Source: Candidatus Wildermuthbacteria bacterium GWA2_46_15 | Lineage (GTDB): Bacteria; Patescibacteriota; Minisyncoccia; Minisyncoccales; GWA2-46-15 | Length of the DNA stretch: 37,378 bases | Direction of reading: 5' to 3' | Assembly: GCA_001823105.1 (NCBI GenBank) | Contig: MHTO01000019.1 | Location: 5,079-42,456 of the forward strand | In this document: in pieces, positions 17,988 through 27,509 of the stretch | Position numbering within the stretch: the first letter of the stretch is position 1 | How the letters are laid out: each line of letters begins with the position of its first letter | The notes under the pieces: model-generated | The model's database searches: none | What the model was told of the DNA's origin: nothing | The model's input: the letters and a program-made list of their open reading frames with translations, nothing else | Translations under genes and position numbers: made by a program

Positions 17988-18089
17988 AACTCAAAGCGCA
18001 AAGCGTAAAATTACAGCGTAAAACGTAAAGCTATCCAAAAATTTTACATTTTTCGCTGTCATTTTACATTTTTCGCTTTACGCTTTTAG
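17985..18089. repeat. Heptamer-periodic long imperfect inverted repeat, copy 2 (between convergent recA and rpsR)
   Basis: aaaactc-aaagcgc-aaagcgt-aaaatt-acagcgt-aaaacgt-aaag versus right-arm reverse complement aaagcgt-aaagcga-aaaatgt-aaaatg-acagcga-aaaatgt-aaaa. Confidence 0.85.
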
Positions 18090-18097
18090 CTGATTCA

Positions 18098-18295
18098 TCA
18101 CTTTGTCGTATATGGCAGCAAAGCCAAGAATCTTGCTCTCTTAATGGCTTGGGCTAATTTCCGCTGATGGCTGGCGCAAACGCCGGTTCTTTTTTTGGCC
18201 CGGATCTTGGCCAAACCCGAAGTAAACTTCCGGAGAAGTTCTAAGTCTTTGTAATCGATTTCCTCAATGCCCTTTTGGCAAAAAAAACAGTCCAT
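18098..18295 (-). CDS. rpsR: 30S ribosomal protein S18 (Zn-binding CxxC form)
   Basis: CFFC..IDYKD..LLRKF..TGVCASHQRKLAQAIKRARFLALLPY. Confidence 0.96.
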   Translation of the reverse strand: MDCFFCQKGIEEIDYKDLELLRKFTSGLAKIRAKKRTGVCASHQRKLAQAIKRARFLALLPYTTK

Positions 18296-18297
18296 TC

Positions 18298-19156
<859 letters not shown>

Positions 19157-19162
19157 GGGGAA

Positions 19163-19191
19163 AGTATATCATCTCAAAAATCCGCTGTAAA
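19163..19191 (-). promoter_or_regulatory. Promoter for rpsF, probably leaderless
   Basis: Minus strand TTTACA-N17-TATACT with extended TG, 6 nt before the ATG. Confidence 0.6.
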
Positions 19192-19225
19192 GACCCGACC
19201 TTAAAATTCCCCAAGGTCGGGTCTT
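19190..19225. repeat. 13-bp perfect inverted repeat between divergent promoters
   Basis: aagacccgacctt-N10-aaggtcgggtctt. Confidence 0.75.
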
Positions 19226-19230
19226 GAATA

Positions 19231-19239
19231 TGGTATAAT
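19231..19239 (+). promoter_or_regulatory. Extended -10 promoter, probably leaderless
   Basis: TGGTATAAT, 6 nt before ATG 19246. Confidence 0.6.
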
Positions 19240-19245
19240 CTAAGT

Positions 19246-20634
19246 ATGATCATTAATCCGTCGATTTTCCGGGCCTACGACATCCGGGGCATCTATCCCA
19301 AAGACCTCACCGCCAAGGGGGTCTTGGCCATTGCCCGGGCTTTTCTGGTTCTCTACCCCGGCTTAAAGAAGGTCGTCGTCAGCCACGACACGAGACAGAG
19401 TTCACCCCGCTTGGCCAAAGCCATTGCCAAGGGCTTGAAAGAGGCGGGCCGGGAGGTTATCTTTCTTGGCATCGCTCCCGATCCTCTGTTCTACTTTGCC
19501 ATTCTCAACCTTGGCTTTGACGGGGGCATCATGGTTTCCGGCTCCCACAACCCGCCCGAGTACAACGGCCTGATGCTGCACGTTAGAAATAAGGGAGATC
19601 TGATCGGCCGCGATCTGGAGAAAATCCGGCAGATTGCTTTACAAGACAGGAAACCAACTAAGACGGGGGAGGGCAAGATCACCCTGCTCGATCCGACTTC
19701 AGACTATATCGATTATGTCACCCAAAGGATCAAGCTGAAAAAGCCCTTAAAGATCGTGGTGGACTCGGGCAACGGGGCCATGGGCTATCTGCCGGCCAAG
19801 GTTTTCCAGCGGCTGGGCTGTCAGGTTTTCACTCTTTACGGGGAGTTCGACGGTTCTTTCCCGTACCATTTGCCCGATCCCTACGAAAGGAAGAATCGGC
19901 TGGCCGCCAAGCGGGAGGTTTTGAAAAAGAAGTTTGACCTGGGTTTTGTCTTTGACGGGGACGGCGACCGGGTGGCGGCCATTGATAACCAAGGGCGATC
20001 GGTCGGCGGCGACTTTTGTTTCCTGATGCTGGCCCGTCAGGCTTTGCAAAAGAAAAAAGGATCAATCGTGCACGACATGAGGGTTTCCCAGGCTTTTTTA
20101 GACGAGATGAAAGAAAGAAAGGTTAAAACCTACTTTTGCGTTTCCCACCACACGGCCATCATCGAAAAGATCAAGAAGGTCAAGGCTATTTTTGGCGGAG
20201 AAGTGACCCTGCACTTTCTTTTTCCCCAGGACTATTACCTCTGCGACGAGGCCCTCTTCGCTTCTTTGAAGCTGGCCGAGATCGCCTCCAGCCAGAAAGA
20301 CTTTGCCGCCTACATCGACACCCTGCCTCGCTGCCAATCCAGCCCCGAGGTCTTCATTCCTTGTCCGGACCGGGAGAAGTTTAAGATCATAAGAAACCTC
20401 CAGAACTATTTAAGGGAAAATCATTACAAGTTCATTGACATTGACGGCGCGAGGATCTCTTTTCCGCACGGTTGGGCCTTGGCCAGAGCCGCCAATACCA
20501 GTCCTTATGTCAAATGCCGGTTTGAGGGCGACACCCCGGAGCACTTAATCGAGGTCGAAAAAGAGGCGCTGGAGATCTTTAAGAAAGTCGGCCTTCCGGT
20601 AACAAAAAAGACCCTGAAAGAGCTAGGTCTTTGA
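19246..20634 (+). CDS. Phosphomannomutase/phosphoglucomutase
   Basis: IFRAYDIRG, SGSHNPPEYNG, FDGDGDR, GGE motifs. Confidence 0.95.
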   Translation: MIINPSIFRAYDIRGIYPKDLTAKGVLAIARAFLVLYPGLKKVVVSHDTRQSSPRLAKAIAKGLKEAGREVIFLGIAPDPLFYFAILNLGFDGGIMVSGSHNPPEYNGLMLHVRNKGDLIGRDLEKIRQIALQDRKPTKTGEGKITLLDPTSDYIDYVTQRIKLKKPLKIVVDSGNGAMGYLPAKVFQRLGCQVFTLYGEFDGSFPYHLPDPYERKNRLAAKREVLKKKFDLGFVFDGDGDRVAAIDNQGRSVGGDFCFLMLARQALQKKKGSIVHDMRVSQAFLDEMKERKVKTYFCVSHHTAIIEKIKKVKAIFGGEVTLHFLFPQDYYLCDEALFASLKLAEIASSQKDFAAYIDTLPRCQSSPEVFIPCPDREKFKIIRNLQNYLRENHYKFIDIDGARISFPHGWALARAANTSPYVKCRFEGDTPEHLIEVEKEALEIFKKVGLPVTKKTLKELGL

Positions 20635-20644
20635 CAAGAACCAA

Positions 20645-21619
20645 TTATACTAGGCCGGTTTTTTTACGGACTTCTTCCATGGTTGATTGGGCGATGGAGC
20701 GGGCTTTTTTGGCGCCCTGGCTTAAAATTTCTCTGACATAAACCTCTCTTGAAAGCAGTTCCTTTCTCTTTTTCCTCAAGGGTTCCAGGGCTTCAATGAT
20801 AACCTGGGCCAAGGATTTCTTAAAATCAGCATAGCCCTTATTTCGGAATTTTTTTTCAATTTTAGGAATGGCCAATCCGGAAAACTGGCTGTAAACGGTT
20901 AAAAGGTTGGCAATACCCGGTTTTTTGATTGGGTCAAACTTTATCTCTCGACCAAGGTCGGTGACGGCCGCCATAATTTTCTTTTCTATTATTTCCGGTT
21001 CGTCAAAGAGATAAAGGCAGCTCGGGGGTACGGATTTGGACATTTTCTTTTTCGGATCGGTCAGAGACAAAATCTTGGCTCCGGTTTTGGGTAAACTGAC
21101 CCGGGGCTCAACAAAGGTTGGGCCGAATCGATGATTAAAGGCTCGGGCAATGGTGCGGGCCAGCTCAACGTGCTGTTGCTGGTCCTGGCCCACCGGCACC
21201 ACCTCGGTCTGGTAAAGCAGGATGTCGGCGGCCATGAGGATGGGGTAGTTGAGGAGGCCGGCGTTGAGGTCTTTCTGGAATTGTCGGGATTTTTCTTTGT
21301 ACTGGGTCATTCTTAACAAGTCGCCCACCGGCGTGACCGTGTTTAAGATCCAGGCCAGCTCGGTGTGTTCGGTTACCTGAGACTGGACAAAAAGAATGGA
21401 TTTTTCCGGATCAATGCCCGAGGCCAGGTAACAGACGGCGGCGTCCAAGACGTTTTTCGGCAAAGTTCGAGGGTCATAGGGGATGGTCATGGCGTGCAGG
21501 TCAACAATACAGAAAACGCACTCTTCTTTTTCCTGGAGTTCTAAGAATTGTTTGATGGCGCCCAGATAGTTTCCGATGTGGAGGGCACCGGTCGGCTGGA
21601 TTCCCGAAAAGATTCTCAT
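20645..21619 (-). CDS. trpS: Tryptophan--tRNA ligase
   Basis: SGIQPTG.LHIGNYLG, YPILMAADILLY, VPVGQDQ, KMSKS; ATG 21619. Confidence 0.97.
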   Translation of the reverse strand: MRIFSGIQPTGALHIGNYLGAIKQFLELQEKEECVFCIVDLHAMTIPYDPRTLPKNVLDAAVCYLASGIDPEKSILFVQSQVTEHTELAWILNTVTPVGDLLRMTQYKEKSRQFQKDLNAGLLNYPILMAADILLYQTEVVPVGQDQQQHVELARTIARAFNHRFGPTFVEPRVSLPKTGAKILSLTDPKKKMSKSVPPSCLYLFDEPEIIEKKIMAAVTDLGREIKFDPIKKPGIANLLTVYSQFSGLAIPKIEKKFRNKGYADFKKSLAQVIIEALEPLRKKRKELLSREVYVREILSQGAKKARSIAQSTMEEVRKKTGLV

Positions 21620-21626
21620 GTTTTTA

Positions 21627-23318
21627 TCATACCTCAATCACTACGGGCAGCACCATTGGCCGTCTCTGGGTTTGTTGATACAAAAATTCACCGACCTTAT
21701 CTCTAATTTCTTCTTTGACATAGGTCCAGTTGACGGCGCCGCCGGAGCCGGCGGCCCGGTCGACAATACTCACCACTTTCTTTCTGGTTTGGCGGAGCAG
21801 TTCTTTGGATTCTCTCAGATAAACAAAGCCTCGGGAGATGATATCCGGAGAGCCGTGGACCTTGCCGGTCTGGCGGTCGATGGTGGTGATGATGACGAAC
21901 ATGCCGTCTTTGGCTAAAGTTTGCCTATCCCTTAAAACGACTTCGCCGATGTCGCCGATGCCCAAGCCGTCAACAAAAACGTAGCCGGTATCAATTTTTT
22001 TATTCAAAACCTCGGCCGTTTTGTTGTGAAATTCGATGATGGAACCGTTATCTAAAACAAAAATGTTTTTTTCTGGGTAATTGATGCCGGCCGCCAGCTT
22101 GGCCGCCTCTTTTAGGATGTAATGATTGGCATAGACGGGGAGGAAGAAGTCCGGCTGAATCTGTTTGATCATCTTTTTAATGCTGTCGGCGTTGGAGTGG
22201 CCGCTGATGTGGACGTCCATAATGTCGCTGTGAACAACATTATCGCATTTTCTGTAAAGGCCGTCTTTTAGCCGCTGGATAGTTCTTTCGTTGCCCGGGA
22301 TGACCGAAGAAGAAAAAACGATAGTGTCATTTTTCCTGATTTTGACGAATTTGTGGTTGTCGCTGACGATCCGCGACAAAACGGCGTTGCCTTCGCCTTG
22401 AGCGCCGGTGCAGATAATAATGACTTTTTCCTCCGGATATTTATTGATGCTGTTGATGGGGATAATGGTGCCGCCGCCAACTTTTATATAGCCCAGCTCT
22501 TTGGCAATTTCGACGTTCATTTTCATGCTGTACCCGTCCAGGGCGACTTTTTTACCGATCCGTTTGGCGTATTCCAAAAGATAATTGATTCTTTTTATTT
22601 GGGAAGCAAAAGTGCCGATAATGATTTTACCCTTAGCCTGGCTGATTAGTTTTTCCAGGTTGGCGTACATTTCTTTTTCCGAAATAATTTTCGGAGAGGT
22701 GTTGATCGCTCCCAAACTTTCCAGCATCAGGATTTTTGGTTTGGGCAGTTTGGCCAAATGATGATAAGTCAGCGGCTCGCCGTTAACGGGATTTTTTTCC
22801 ATTGTCCAGTCGCCCGGATGGATGATCGTTCCCGGCGGCGTGTTGATGATGACGCCGATCGCGTCCATGATCGAATGTTCAATTTCGAAAAAACCGATTC
22901 TGAATTTCCCAAAATTAAACCGGTCGTTGACGGAATTTATCCTAATGACGTTTAATCTCTTGGCCGAATTTTTTTCAAAATCTTCCATTCGTTTTTTTAT
23001 CATGGCGATGGTCAAATCGCGCCCCACGACCGGGGGATAGCCGAGTTTTGGCAAGAGCAAGGGAGCGGCGCCGATATGATCGAGATGGCCGTGGCTGAAA
23101 ATGACGGCGCGGATATTTTTTTCCTTGCCCTTAAGATAACTGACGCTGGGAATAATATAGTCAATGCCCAGCATGTCTTCTTCCGGGAATTGAATGCCCA
23201 TATCCAAAATGACGATGTCTTTTTCATATTCAAACACGGTCATATTGCGGCCGACCTCTTCCTGCCCGCCCAAGGGGATTATTCTGAGCGGGCTTTCTTT
23301 TTGGTGATATTTTTCCAT
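21627..23318 (-). CDS. rnj: Ribonuclease J
   Basis: PLGGQEEVGRNM, HGHLDHIG, TGAQGE, HISGH, RRPMVLPVVIEV. Confidence 0.96.
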   Translation of the reverse strand: MEKYHQKESPLRIIPLGGQEEVGRNMTVFEYEKDIVILDMGIQFPEEDMLGIDYIIPSVSYLKGKEKNIRAVIFSHGHLDHIGAAPLLLPKLGYPPVVGRDLTIAMIKKRMEDFEKNSAKRLNVIRINSVNDRFNFGKFRIGFFEIEHSIMDAIGVIINTPPGTIIHPGDWTMEKNPVNGEPLTYHHLAKLPKPKILMLESLGAINTSPKIISEKEMYANLEKLISQAKGKIIIGTFASQIKRINYLLEYAKRIGKKVALDGYSMKMNVEIAKELGYIKVGGGTIIPINSINKYPEEKVIIICTGAQGEGNAVLSRIVSDNHKFVKIRKNDTIVFSSSVIPGNERTIQRLKDGLYRKCDNVVHSDIMDVHISGHSNADSIKKMIKQIQPDFFLPVYANHYILKEAAKLAAGINYPEKNIFVLDNGSIIEFHNKTAEVLNKKIDTGYVFVDGLGIGDIGEVVLRDRQTLAKDGMFVIITTIDRQTGKVHGSPDIISRGFVYLRESKELLRQTRKKVVSIVDRAAGSGGAVNWTYVKEEIRDKVGEFLYQQTQRRPMVLPVVIEV

Positions 23319-23347
23319 ATAATTTTACTAGATTAGATTCTAGCTTC

Positions 23348-23372
23348 TTGTGCTCGGCGTTGCCTAGCACAA
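23348..23372. repeat. Flanking palindrome (REP) of RAYT-like gene 2
   Basis: ttgtgctcggc-gtt-gcctagcacaa. Confidence 0.85.
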
Positions 23373-23383
23373 AATTTAACTAA

Positions 23384-24109
23384 CTAATCTTCGAGAGTTA
23401 GATTATTAATTGAATTAAACTTTCTTTCCAATAAACTAGCCCGAACTAGCTTTTGGTAATCTTTACTGCTGGAGAAAATTTCTCCGAGAATATCTTTATC
23501 AATAATAATTGACTTTCTTTTGCCGAGGTATTCTTGATGGGTGCTCCAGAGGTAGCTTCTAACGAAGTCGAGAACTTTGTCCAAATTTTTGATACCCGTT
23601 TTCTTTAAATTTGGTTCCACTAGTTGGGCGGGGTTTATAACGTTGATATAAACCAGCAGCTGTTCTAGATACTCCTGACTATCGACTAAAATAGCCTTGA
23701 ATGGTCCTTCAAACAGGCTGCCGCTCCGCTCGTATTTTTTATTGAGATATTGCGCATAACCGGTGCCGAGTTTATGCATAAATTTTGAAATGCCCCCATC
23801 GTTGATTTCTTTAATCAGTAAATGATAATGATTCGGCATCAGGCAGTCAGCCATAATCCGGACCAGCGGCTGCCGATTTTTTTGGTCATTTTTCAGAAAG
23901 TCTTGTATGGTTTTAAAAGTAGCTTTTCCCTTAGCTCTTTCAACTTGCCAGAGAATATTTGTTGAAGCTTCGACGTCGTTGAATAAAAATAATCCCTGGA
24001 GAAAACGCCATCTATCGTTATCGTTTCGGAAGATATTGCGTTTTTCAACTCCACGATTGTAAATATGATAAATATGATCTTTCGCGAATTGGATTTTTCT
24101 TACGCTCAT
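23384..24109 (-). mobile_element. REP-associated tyrosine transposase-like (HUH/Y1) gene 2
   Basis: YHIYNRGVEKRNIF, CLMPNHYHLL (HUH), RSGSLFEGPFK, YINVINP, YLWST; flanked by palindromes. Confidence 0.92.
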
Positions 24110-24122
24110 AAGTATAAGATTC

Positions 24123-24143
24123 GTGTTAGGCGTTGCCTAGCAC
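24123..24143. repeat. Second flanking palindrome (REP) of RAYT-like gene 2, same orientation as the first
   Basis: gtgttaggc-gtt-gcctagcac. Confidence 0.85.
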
Positions 24144-24166
24144 AACTAGAACAATTATCAATGATG

Positions 24167-24249
24167 TGCCGGGAGCGGGAGTCGAACCCGCATGGAGTTG
24201 CCTCCGCTAGGCCCTGAACCTAGTGCGTCTGCCATTTCGCCACCCCGGC
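24167..24249 (-). tRNA. tRNA-Leu (anticodon CAG), CCA not encoded
   Basis: Reverse complement gccgggg..tggcaga..ctagg-ttCAGgg-cctag, long variable arm, ggttcgactcc..tcccggca. Confidence 0.95.
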
Positions 24250-24256
24250 TATTTTT

Positions 24257-24832
24257 TTATTGACCATTAGGCCGCAGAAGAAAACTTAAATCTCTGGGCA
24301 TTTTCTTTAACGGTTTTTTCTCTTTCAATTTGGGCAGTTTCTTGTAATTCTTATCTTTTTGCCAGCCCGAAACAGTGTAGTAATAACCGAAACCGCCTAG
24401 TTTTTCGATATTACGGTAATCGCTCTCGCATCTTTTGTCCATCCAGGTAGCGATTTTCAAATCTTTTTTCATGGGGTTAATGGTGACGTGGGAATAGCCC
24501 GAAGGGGAGAGTGCGGCCTGTCCTTTTTTGGCCCGGACAAAGTAGACATCCTCGATCTGGTTACCCTCGTCTTTCTGCAAGAGGAAGATGGCTTCTCCTT
24601 TTAAGACGAGAAGGAGTTCCCGGCATTCTGGAGGATGTTCGTGGCCTTTGGTTTTGGGAAACTCGGCTCCCAGCATTTTGGGGAAGATGACGGTTTCGTC
24701 ATAGCGCAGATGGCCGCGGGACTTTAAGCCTCGCCAGACCTGATAGATGTTAAAATTGGGAGCCTTTTTGGCCCAACTCTGGTCAAAGAGAACTTTCCTT
24801 AAGTCATTAACAGATCGTTTCATGGTTTCCAC
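24257..24832 (-). CDS. Cupin-type (archaeal-like) glucose-6-phosphate isomerase family protein
   Basis: LRYDETVI..G.EFPKTKGHEH..E..VLKGEA..H.TIN..Y. Confidence 0.8.
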   Translation of the reverse strand: METMKRSVNDLRKVLFDQSWAKKAPNFNIYQVWRGLKSRGHLRYDETVIFPKMLGAEFPKTKGHEHPPECRELLLVLKGEAIFLLQKDEGNQIEDVYFVRAKKGQAALSPSGYSHVTINPMKKDLKIATWMDKRCESDYRNIEKLGGFGYYYTVSGWQKDKNYKKLPKLKEKKPLKKMPRDLSFLLRPNGQ

Positions 24833-26856
24833 ACTCTTTTAGTCGCAAGATACCAATTTTGGATGTCCTCAAATCTCTGGCTGGGGTCGGCAATCAGGCC
24901 CGCCTTGATGCCCCTGATCTCGGGGCTGGTCAGATAAACAAAGTCGGGGCGATAGAGGAAGACCGCCGGCGCATCGGCCAAAAGAATCTCCTGGAATTTC
25001 TCCAGCTTTTCTTTTCTGACACCTTCATCATTGGTTTGTCGGGCTTCTTCTAAAAATTTATCCGCCTCTTTGTTCTCATAGAGAGCCAAATTGAGCCCGG
25101 GATCCTTTTTCTGAAGCGAATGCCAGAAAGGAAAGAGATCCGGTATTTGGCCCAGGACTTCGCCGAAGAGAAGGGCGTCATATTCCCGGGGTTTGAGAAA
25201 ATCCGAATTTAATTGGGAAAAGCTGAAAGACCTAATTTCCACTTTGGCGCCAATCTCGGCCCACTGTTTTTTCAAGATTTCCGCGGTCTTCAAAAGAACG
25301 GGATCATCCACCGTGACCAAAGAGAATTTCAAGGCCAGAGTTTGCTGGTTCGGGCCAAAGCAGATTTTGTTCAGTTTCTGGCGCGTTAAGGGTCCGGTTT
25401 CGCCGTTGCCGCTGATTAGTCCGGCCGGGGTCAAGATATCCGCGCGGTACTTTTCCTGGAATTTAATGACGGCTTCGCGCGTTTTAGGGCCAAAGACGCC
25501 GGTGATTTCGCCCTCCGGATAGATTCCAGGGTCCCGGGCCAGACACTTTTGCAATTCCTTGACTTCGGCTCCCTGGGAGCTTTTGGAAAGCGTGTTTTTG
25601 AATTCAAAGCTCAATTTTTTCTCAACCGTCTTTTCCCAGACATTAGTTTGAGGATTAAGCTTGAAACCCACTTTTTTCAGAAGATCCCTGGCTTTATTGG
25701 GGCTGAAGCGGTAAGTGATTTGGGGTTCCTCAAAGCCGAAAAGATCCGGCAGGATCGGCGAATCCACCGCCACCCCGCTGTTCCCGAGAACCTGGTCAAT
25801 GATTTCCTTTTTGTTAACGGCGTAGTTGAGGGCCAGCCGGACATTCTTTTCCGCTAAGACCAAAGCATTCTTCTGGTTGAAGAAAACGGCGAAATAGCGG
25901 GGCAGATCAAAATGATGAATGACGAAGTCGCGGTTTTCAAAGAGGAGTTGTTTTTCCGGGGCAGAAAGGACAAGGGCCTGAATTTCCCGATTTTGCGCCG
26001 CCTCAATTAAGTCTTTTTCCTGTTCAAAAAAGGCAAAGGTGATTTCCTTGATTTTAGGGAGCTCGGCGTGATAACGGGGGTTAATCTCGAGGGTTAATGA
26101 TTTGATCCGGCCCGACTGGTCTTTTTCCTGAATGATTCTCGCCACTCGATAGGGGCCGGAGCCGACGGGTTTTAAGTTGAAAATGGCCAGAGGGAAGTTT
26201 TCGGCCGTGATCTCTTCCCACGTCTTTTTGGGAATGATCTTTAAGGTCAGGCTTTCCAGGAAGCCGGGATAGACATTCTTTAATTTGAAACGGACGGTGA
26301 GATCGGAGACTCTTTCGGTCTCAATGCCGAGCCAGCTGGGCCTTAAAGGACTTTTATAATCGGGGTTTTGAATGGTCTTAATGGTGAAAATGACATCATC
26401 GCTGGTCAGAGGAGAACCGTCTTGAAAGACGAGATTTTCTTTTAAATTAATTTCCCAGGTCTGGCCGTCTTGGCTGACCTGGTAACCTTTGGCCAGGTCC
26501 GGCTGGATTTGGCCGTCGACGGAATATTTCATCAGGCCCGAAAAGATCAATTCCGTCAAATCGCGGTCGATGTCATTGGCCGGAGCAAAAATGGGGTTGA
26601 TGAATCGGGGCTGACCGATCATACCCTCGGTGAATTCTCCTCCGGCGGCAGCGCGGACCTCGGTATGCTTAAAATAGAAGTTAACGGTCAAAAAGGCAGA
26701 AGAAACCAAACCCAAAACAAGAAAGATGAAAAAAGCCTTTTTCTCTCTGCGGCCGAGAATTTTAAAAAACTTCCGGTACTGGCCTTGTTCGGGCAAAGTT
26801 TTGAGTTTTTCGATAAGATCCCTTAATCCCAGTCGGGAGGGAAGGAAAGAAAACAT
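24820..26856 (-). CDS. Family 5 (peptide/nickel) extracellular solute-binding protein with an inserted peptidoglycan-binding domain
   Basis: N-terminal TM, INPIFA..LIFSGL, FQDGSPLTSDDVIFT, PVGSGPY, VRLALNYAVNK; PG-binding-like insert EVKELQKCL..GVFGPKTREAVIKFQ. Confidence 0.85.
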   Translation of the reverse strand: MFSFLPSRLGLRDLIEKLKTLPEQGQYRKFFKILGRREKKAFFIFLVLGLVSSAFLTVNFYFKHTEVRAAAGGEFTEGMIGQPRFINPIFAPANDIDRDLTELIFSGLMKYSVDGQIQPDLAKGYQVSQDGQTWEINLKENLVFQDGSPLTSDDVIFTIKTIQNPDYKSPLRPSWLGIETERVSDLTVRFKLKNVYPGFLESLTLKIIPKKTWEEITAENFPLAIFNLKPVGSGPYRVARIIQEKDQSGRIKSLTLEINPRYHAELPKIKEITFAFFEQEKDLIEAAQNREIQALVLSAPEKQLLFENRDFVIHHFDLPRYFAVFFNQKNALVLAEKNVRLALNYAVNKKEIIDQVLGNSGVAVDSPILPDLFGFEEPQITYRFSPNKARDLLKKVGFKLNPQTNVWEKTVEKKLSFEFKNTLSKSSQGAEVKELQKCLARDPGIYPEGEITGVFGPKTREAVIKFQEKYRADILTPAGLISGNGETGPLTRQKLNKICFGPNQQTLALKFSLVTVDDPVLLKTAEILKKQWAEIGAKVEIRSFSFSQLNSDFLKPREYDALLFGEVLGQIPDLFPFWHSLQKKDPGLNLALYENKEADKFLEEARQTNDEGVRKEKLEKFQEILLADAPAVFLYRPDFVYLTSPEIRGIKAGLIADPSQRFEDIQNWYLATKRVWKP

Positions 26857-26858
26857 TT

Positions 26859-27110
26859 TTAGAGGAGTAGGTTCAAGAGAGCCGTGGCAATGAAGATGAA
26901 GCCCAGAAAAATGGTAAAAAAGAAAATCTTTTTAGATATTCCCCGCAGTTTGCCCGTGCCGGTAAAGCTCTGGCCAAAGGCCGATCCTAAGGATTCGCCG
27001 CGAGGTTGAAGCAAGACCAATGAAGTTAAAAGTACGGCAATGACAATCTGGATGACCGGCAAAAAGGGCTTGATTTGAGAGAGAGCGGCCACTAAGTTTT
27101 GTAGATTCAT
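26859..27110 (-). CDS. secG: Preprotein translocase subunit SecG
   Basis: IQIVIAVLL..VLLQPRGESLGSAFG, two TM segments. Confidence 0.88.
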   Translation of the reverse strand: MNLQNLVAALSQIKPFLPVIQIVIAVLLTSLVLLQPRGESLGSAFGQSFTGTGKLRGISKKIFFFTIFLGFIFIATALLNLLL

Positions 27111-27120
27111 GGTTTATCTT

Positions 27121-27468
27121 TTATTTATCGGGCATCCACTTTGTTAGCGCAAAGATGACGAGCCAAATAATAACGGTGGTCCAGAAGAGAGGAACAATTC
27201 CCGTGATGACCAGTTCCGTAAAGGCAATATCCACCAGCCAGACCAAGAGCATGTTAATGATAAAACCGAAAAGGCCCAAGGTCAAAATCTTTAAAGGCAG
27301 GGTCAGAACGTTGAGCAGGGGCCGGAGAAAGAAGTTGACGGCTCCCAGAACCGCGCCAATCAGGACAAAGGTTTTCCCATCACCGAGAACATCAACTCCC
27401 GGAACGAAACGATCGGCCAACCAGAGGCCGGCCGTACTGCCGGCAATTTGCAAGAGGAGAGACCACAT
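27121..27468 (-). CDS. Phage-holin-like family membrane protein (YvlD/DUF360)
   Basis: VLGAVNFFLRPLL..LTLPL.ILTLGLF.FIIN signature. Confidence 0.85.
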   Translation of the reverse strand: MWSLLLQIAGSTAGLWLADRFVPGVDVLGDGKTFVLIGAVLGAVNFFLRPLLNVLTLPLKILTLGLFGFIINMLLVWLVDIAFTELVITGIVPLFWTTVIIWLVIFALTKWMPDK

Positions 27469-27509
27469 TCTTCATGATAGCAAGACTTTTCTCTCGGGTC
27501 AAGGGTGAC

